Shown: piece by piece, positions 60,566 through 64,000 of the stretch
Layout of the letters: each line of letters opens with the position of its first letter
Position numbering within the stretch: position 1 is the stretch's first letter
Made by a program: the position numbers and the translations under genes
Assembly: GCA_002269645.1 (NCBI GenBank)
Contig: NIVC01000127.1
Coordinates: 558,001-622,000 of the forward strand
Length of the DNA: 64,000 nt
Source: Macrostomum lignano
Lineage: Eukaryota
Reading direction: 5' to 3'
The notes under the pieces: generated by a model
Database searches by the model: none
What the model was told of the DNA's origin: nothing
What the model saw: the letters and a program-made list of their open reading frames with translations, nothing else

Positions 60566-63500
60566 ATGCAGCACAGTTTGCACAGCTTCAATGCTCCCCA
60601 GCCGCCAGCATTTCTCGACCCGCTGTACTCGCTGGAGGACTGCTATTACTACTCTGTACCCAGGTTCCTGGACGCCCTGCATCCGACCAACCGCTGGCTT
60701 ATTGGCCGCATCAAATGCGACGACTCTGACGCCATCCGCCGGAAGCTGGAGGTGTCGCCCGACTTTCTGCGCGGTAAATACTTCCAGGTGTTGGACAATC
60801 CGGCGCTCTATTTTCAAGATAAGAAGGCCGGCTCGCCGATGTACCACTGCAAGTGCGTTCTGTACCTGACAGCTCTCGGCGTGGCTCTCTACATGAAGGC
60901 TGTGAGTTCATGACGAACCATTGAGCGCTAAATTTGACAAGACATCCTCTGCTTTGCCTTCTCTTGCCTCGGTCCCAAATCACTAATCTAGCTAATAATG
61001 ATTCGAATCCCAGATCTTTAATCCAAGCAATGAGGATTCTACCCCAGATCCCCAATCCAGGTAATAAGGATTTTAATCCCAGATCCCTAAATATAGGTAA
61101 TTAGGATTCTAATCACAGATCCCTAATCCAGATAGTAAGGATTCTAATCCTCGATCCCTTATCTAGGTAATCAATTTAATCCCAAATCCCTAGTCCAGGT
61201 GAGGGTTCTAATCCCAGATTCATAATCCAGGTAGTAAGGATTCTAATCCTCGATCCCTTATCTAGGTAATCAATTTAATCCCAAATCCCTAGTCCAGGTG
61301 AGGGTTCTAATTCCAGATCCGTGATCCTGGTAAGGATTCTAAAATCTCTAATTCAGGTAAGGATTCTAATTAAAAATCCCCAATCTACGTAATAAGGATT
61401 CTAATCCTAGATAGCTAATCCTGGTAGGGTTCTAATTCACTGTGTACTTTGCACCTGCGCCATCTGGGAGTTAACCCTCATGGCTTTAATCTCTTTTTAC
61501 TACAATTCATCTGCAAGCCTATAAAATACTATATAGCTAATGCATTTACACCTGAAGCGAGACGTCACAGAGACGCTGCTGATCCAGGAGGACCCGTACA
61601 AAGACCGCGTCACGGCGCCCACCGAAATCCAGTTCGCTTCGCACATTCAGAACGCCAACGAAGGCGACTTCCACGCCTTCCCGCTGTTCCTGGTGGCACT
61701 GCGGCGGGAGTTCTTTGCCGCTATGCTGCCGCTGCAGGCGGCCGGCTGGCAGCCGAACACCGAGTTGGCGCTACCGTTGCGGCGGCGCTACGAGCGTCGG
61801 GCTTTCTACTTCCGCGACTGGCTGGACATTGCGCTGCACATGCTGGCTAGCAAGTCTTTCTACCCCGTCCACCTGTTGATTGAAAGCATCATCGGGGCGC
61901 CAAGCTACCGCAGCTCGCAGCTGCCGCTCCGCCTGTTCAAGCCGGGCCCGAAAGACCCCGCGCCGACGCCGACCGGCCTGGTGGACGCCGAGAGCCTCCC
62001 ACCGGGGCTGCGGATGACCGGCGCGCCCAACCTGCTGGAGGTGGCCGAGCAGTACGATCGCTACCTGCAGCTCAAGCAGACTCTGCACGCCGTGCAACAG
62101 TTGAAACGGCAGGCGGAATGCGACGGCCTGAACCCGGAGCTGCTGATGCAGGCGGCGCAGGACCACCTGCCCGAGTCGCTGGACACTCAGCCGGCGCAGA
62201 ACAGCAACCGGAACAACAACGCCAAGAGTCAGGCGGCGCAGCCGGTTAGAAAATCGAAATTGACTCGCGATCCGGACAGAATCTACTGCTCGGAGCCGCT
62301 GCGGATTCTGCTGTACTCGCTTGAGCGGGACCCGCAGCGCAAGAGCCTGCCGCAGTGCATCCAGGCATTCAATGTCTATTTGAGGAGAAAGTTCTTCTTC
62401 GACGCTGAACAGCTGGCTAGCGGCCATCCCAGGTGAGTGAAGATTGGCCAAACTGATTCATTACAATTAAATATAACAACAGAAATCCGTGACTGTGAGT
62501 TCATAATTAACTGGGCAGGTGCAGTCAATTTTTTAGTATTCAGCGGAGTTTAGAAATTTGTTTAGCTGTATTATGATACACCTAATTTGAGACAGTTTTA
62601 GATAAGATACGAGTTGAAGAAAGATTCACTCTGGTTATTAAATATTAAACCAATTAGATTACAGGTGCGGTCATGTAATTAAAGATTTAAGCAATTAGAT
62701 AACCAGTGCGGTCAGGTAATTAAAAATGTAAGCAATTAGATAGCAGGTGCCGTCAGGTAAATAAATATTGAAGCAATTAGATAATAGGTGCGGTCAGGTA
62801 ATTCAAGATTGAAGAAATTATATTACAGGTGCAGTCAGGTAATTAAATATTGAAACAATTAGATAGCAGGTGCCGTCCAAGGTAATCAAAGATTGAAACA
62901 ATCAGATTACAGGTCCGGTCAGGTGCTTCACCATGTATGAGTAGTTAGACTAACGTGTGCATCCAGGTGGTTAAAGATTCTATAGTAATTACATGACAGT
63001 TGTCAGTCACTTGTTTTCACATTTAGGTAGCTACTTAGATCAGTAGTTGGATCGAGGTATGCTTCCCCATGCGATTGCAGAGCGCGCGACCTGCGCAACA
63101 CGGCGACCTGCCTGCTGAACATGGCCAGGCGTGAGCAGGACATCATCGAAAACATCCTAGCCAGAGTGCGGTCTGGCCAGTGCCGGTTTGCCCACGTCAA
63201 GGAGCACAAGGTGCTGGACAGCAGGCGGTTGCAGCACGTCGCCACCATCGACAGGCTGGTGGACTACCTGGCGCACGTCCTGCTGCAGGGCAAGCAGCTG
63301 CTGACCTTCCTGCGGGTCAGCCAGCGCCGCCTGCCCTTCCCGCCCAGCAGCGTGGACTTCCAGCCGGCGCCGCGCACCAGCCTGATCTTGTCGGGCGTCC
63401 GGTACGGCCTCGTGCGCGCCTTCAACGCTACGCGGACAGCCTGGCGCTACCTGACGGTGGACATGATGCGCAAGGCGGCCAAGGACCCGTCTCTGGTGCT

Positions 63501-63597
63501 GCACTGCCGGTTCGGCCAGCGGCCCAGCCGCGATGAGGTGCTGGCCTACGACGCCGAGATGAAGAAGCTGAAAAAGCAGAAGTCGAGCAAAAGTTAG
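60566..63597 (+). CDS. Uncharacterised protein, ~575 aa; exons 60566-60901, 61558-62432, 63081-63597 (start may lie further upstream)
   Basis: Three long GC3-rich frames joined in phase by GCT|GTGAGT, GAAG|CGA, AG|GTGAGT and GCAG|A; no family recognised. Confidence 0.8.
61020..61440. repeat. Degenerate tandem repeat (AGGATTCTAATCC core) with a ~98-bp internal duplication
   Basis: Direct reading; intron 1 of the uncharacterised gene. Confidence 0.7.
62650..62925. repeat. Degenerate ~41-bp tandem repeat (CAATTAGATTACAGGTGCGGTCAGGTAATTAAAGATTGAAG)
   Basis: Direct reading; intron 2 of the uncharacterised gene. Confidence 0.8.
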
Positions 63598-64000
63598 CTA
63601 ATAGTTGCGCCACAGTGAGCTTTTTGTGGTTTGTCTGCGATTTCAAATAGGGGTGTGTCTTCTTCTTTCAGCGTTTGTTTCTTTTGTACGGCAATTGTAC
63701 GATTAGGTTGCGAAAGAGCGATGTGCCCTGTGTGATAAATTTAGAGCACTTCTAGCAGGTTTCGATTGGGTAACCAATACTGAACTGCAGATTAGTATGA
63801 CTTAGCTAATTACACTACTTTGGATAATCACTGGCTGTAAGTAATAACAATAATAGTAATTATTATTAAGTACTTATAATATAATCATTTTTATTTTATT
63901 AGATTCTTAATTTCCTTACATTACAATTATAACAAAAATTTTAAAACTGCTTCAAAATTGGTATCATAAATTAAGTTTTATACAGTAATATAAGAATAAT

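Noticed and set aside
61771-62451. 226-aa minus-strand ORF
   Set aside because: Antisense shadow of the spliced + strand gene, which has the codon bias and splice sites

Overview
Metazoan (eukaryotic) genomic DNA with spliceosomal introns, GC-rich exons and introns full of mini/microsatellites. The style resembles the flatworm Macrostomum, but that is inference only. All exon chains were assembled by hand and checked for phase. Genes: 3' part of CNOT9/RCD1 (+); histone H3.3 (-); a 16-exon, 833-aa villin/advillin (+) with one GC-AG intron and an intact piggyBac in the intron between the gelsolin core and the headpiece exons; MOG1/RANGRF (-); a 10-exon KSR3-like pseudokinase (+) carrying an intronless sphingomyelin-synthase gene nested antisense inside a kinase-domain intron; and an unrecognised 3-exon, ~575-aa gene (+). 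The 28-46 kb block is transposon-dense. It holds a decayed Gypsy interrupted by a foldback element with a perfect 9-bp TSD (itself carrying a Harbinger-like MITE), an inverted pair of decayed piggyBacs, frameshifted GALNT and LicD/FKRP-family genes, a cluster of palindromic MITEs, and an intact intron-containing Crypton/DUF3504-type tyrosine-recombinase ORF. Three copies of a tRNA-derived SINE and several TIR MITEs are dispersed through the window. Most short ORFs in the supplied track are repeat translations or antisense shadows.
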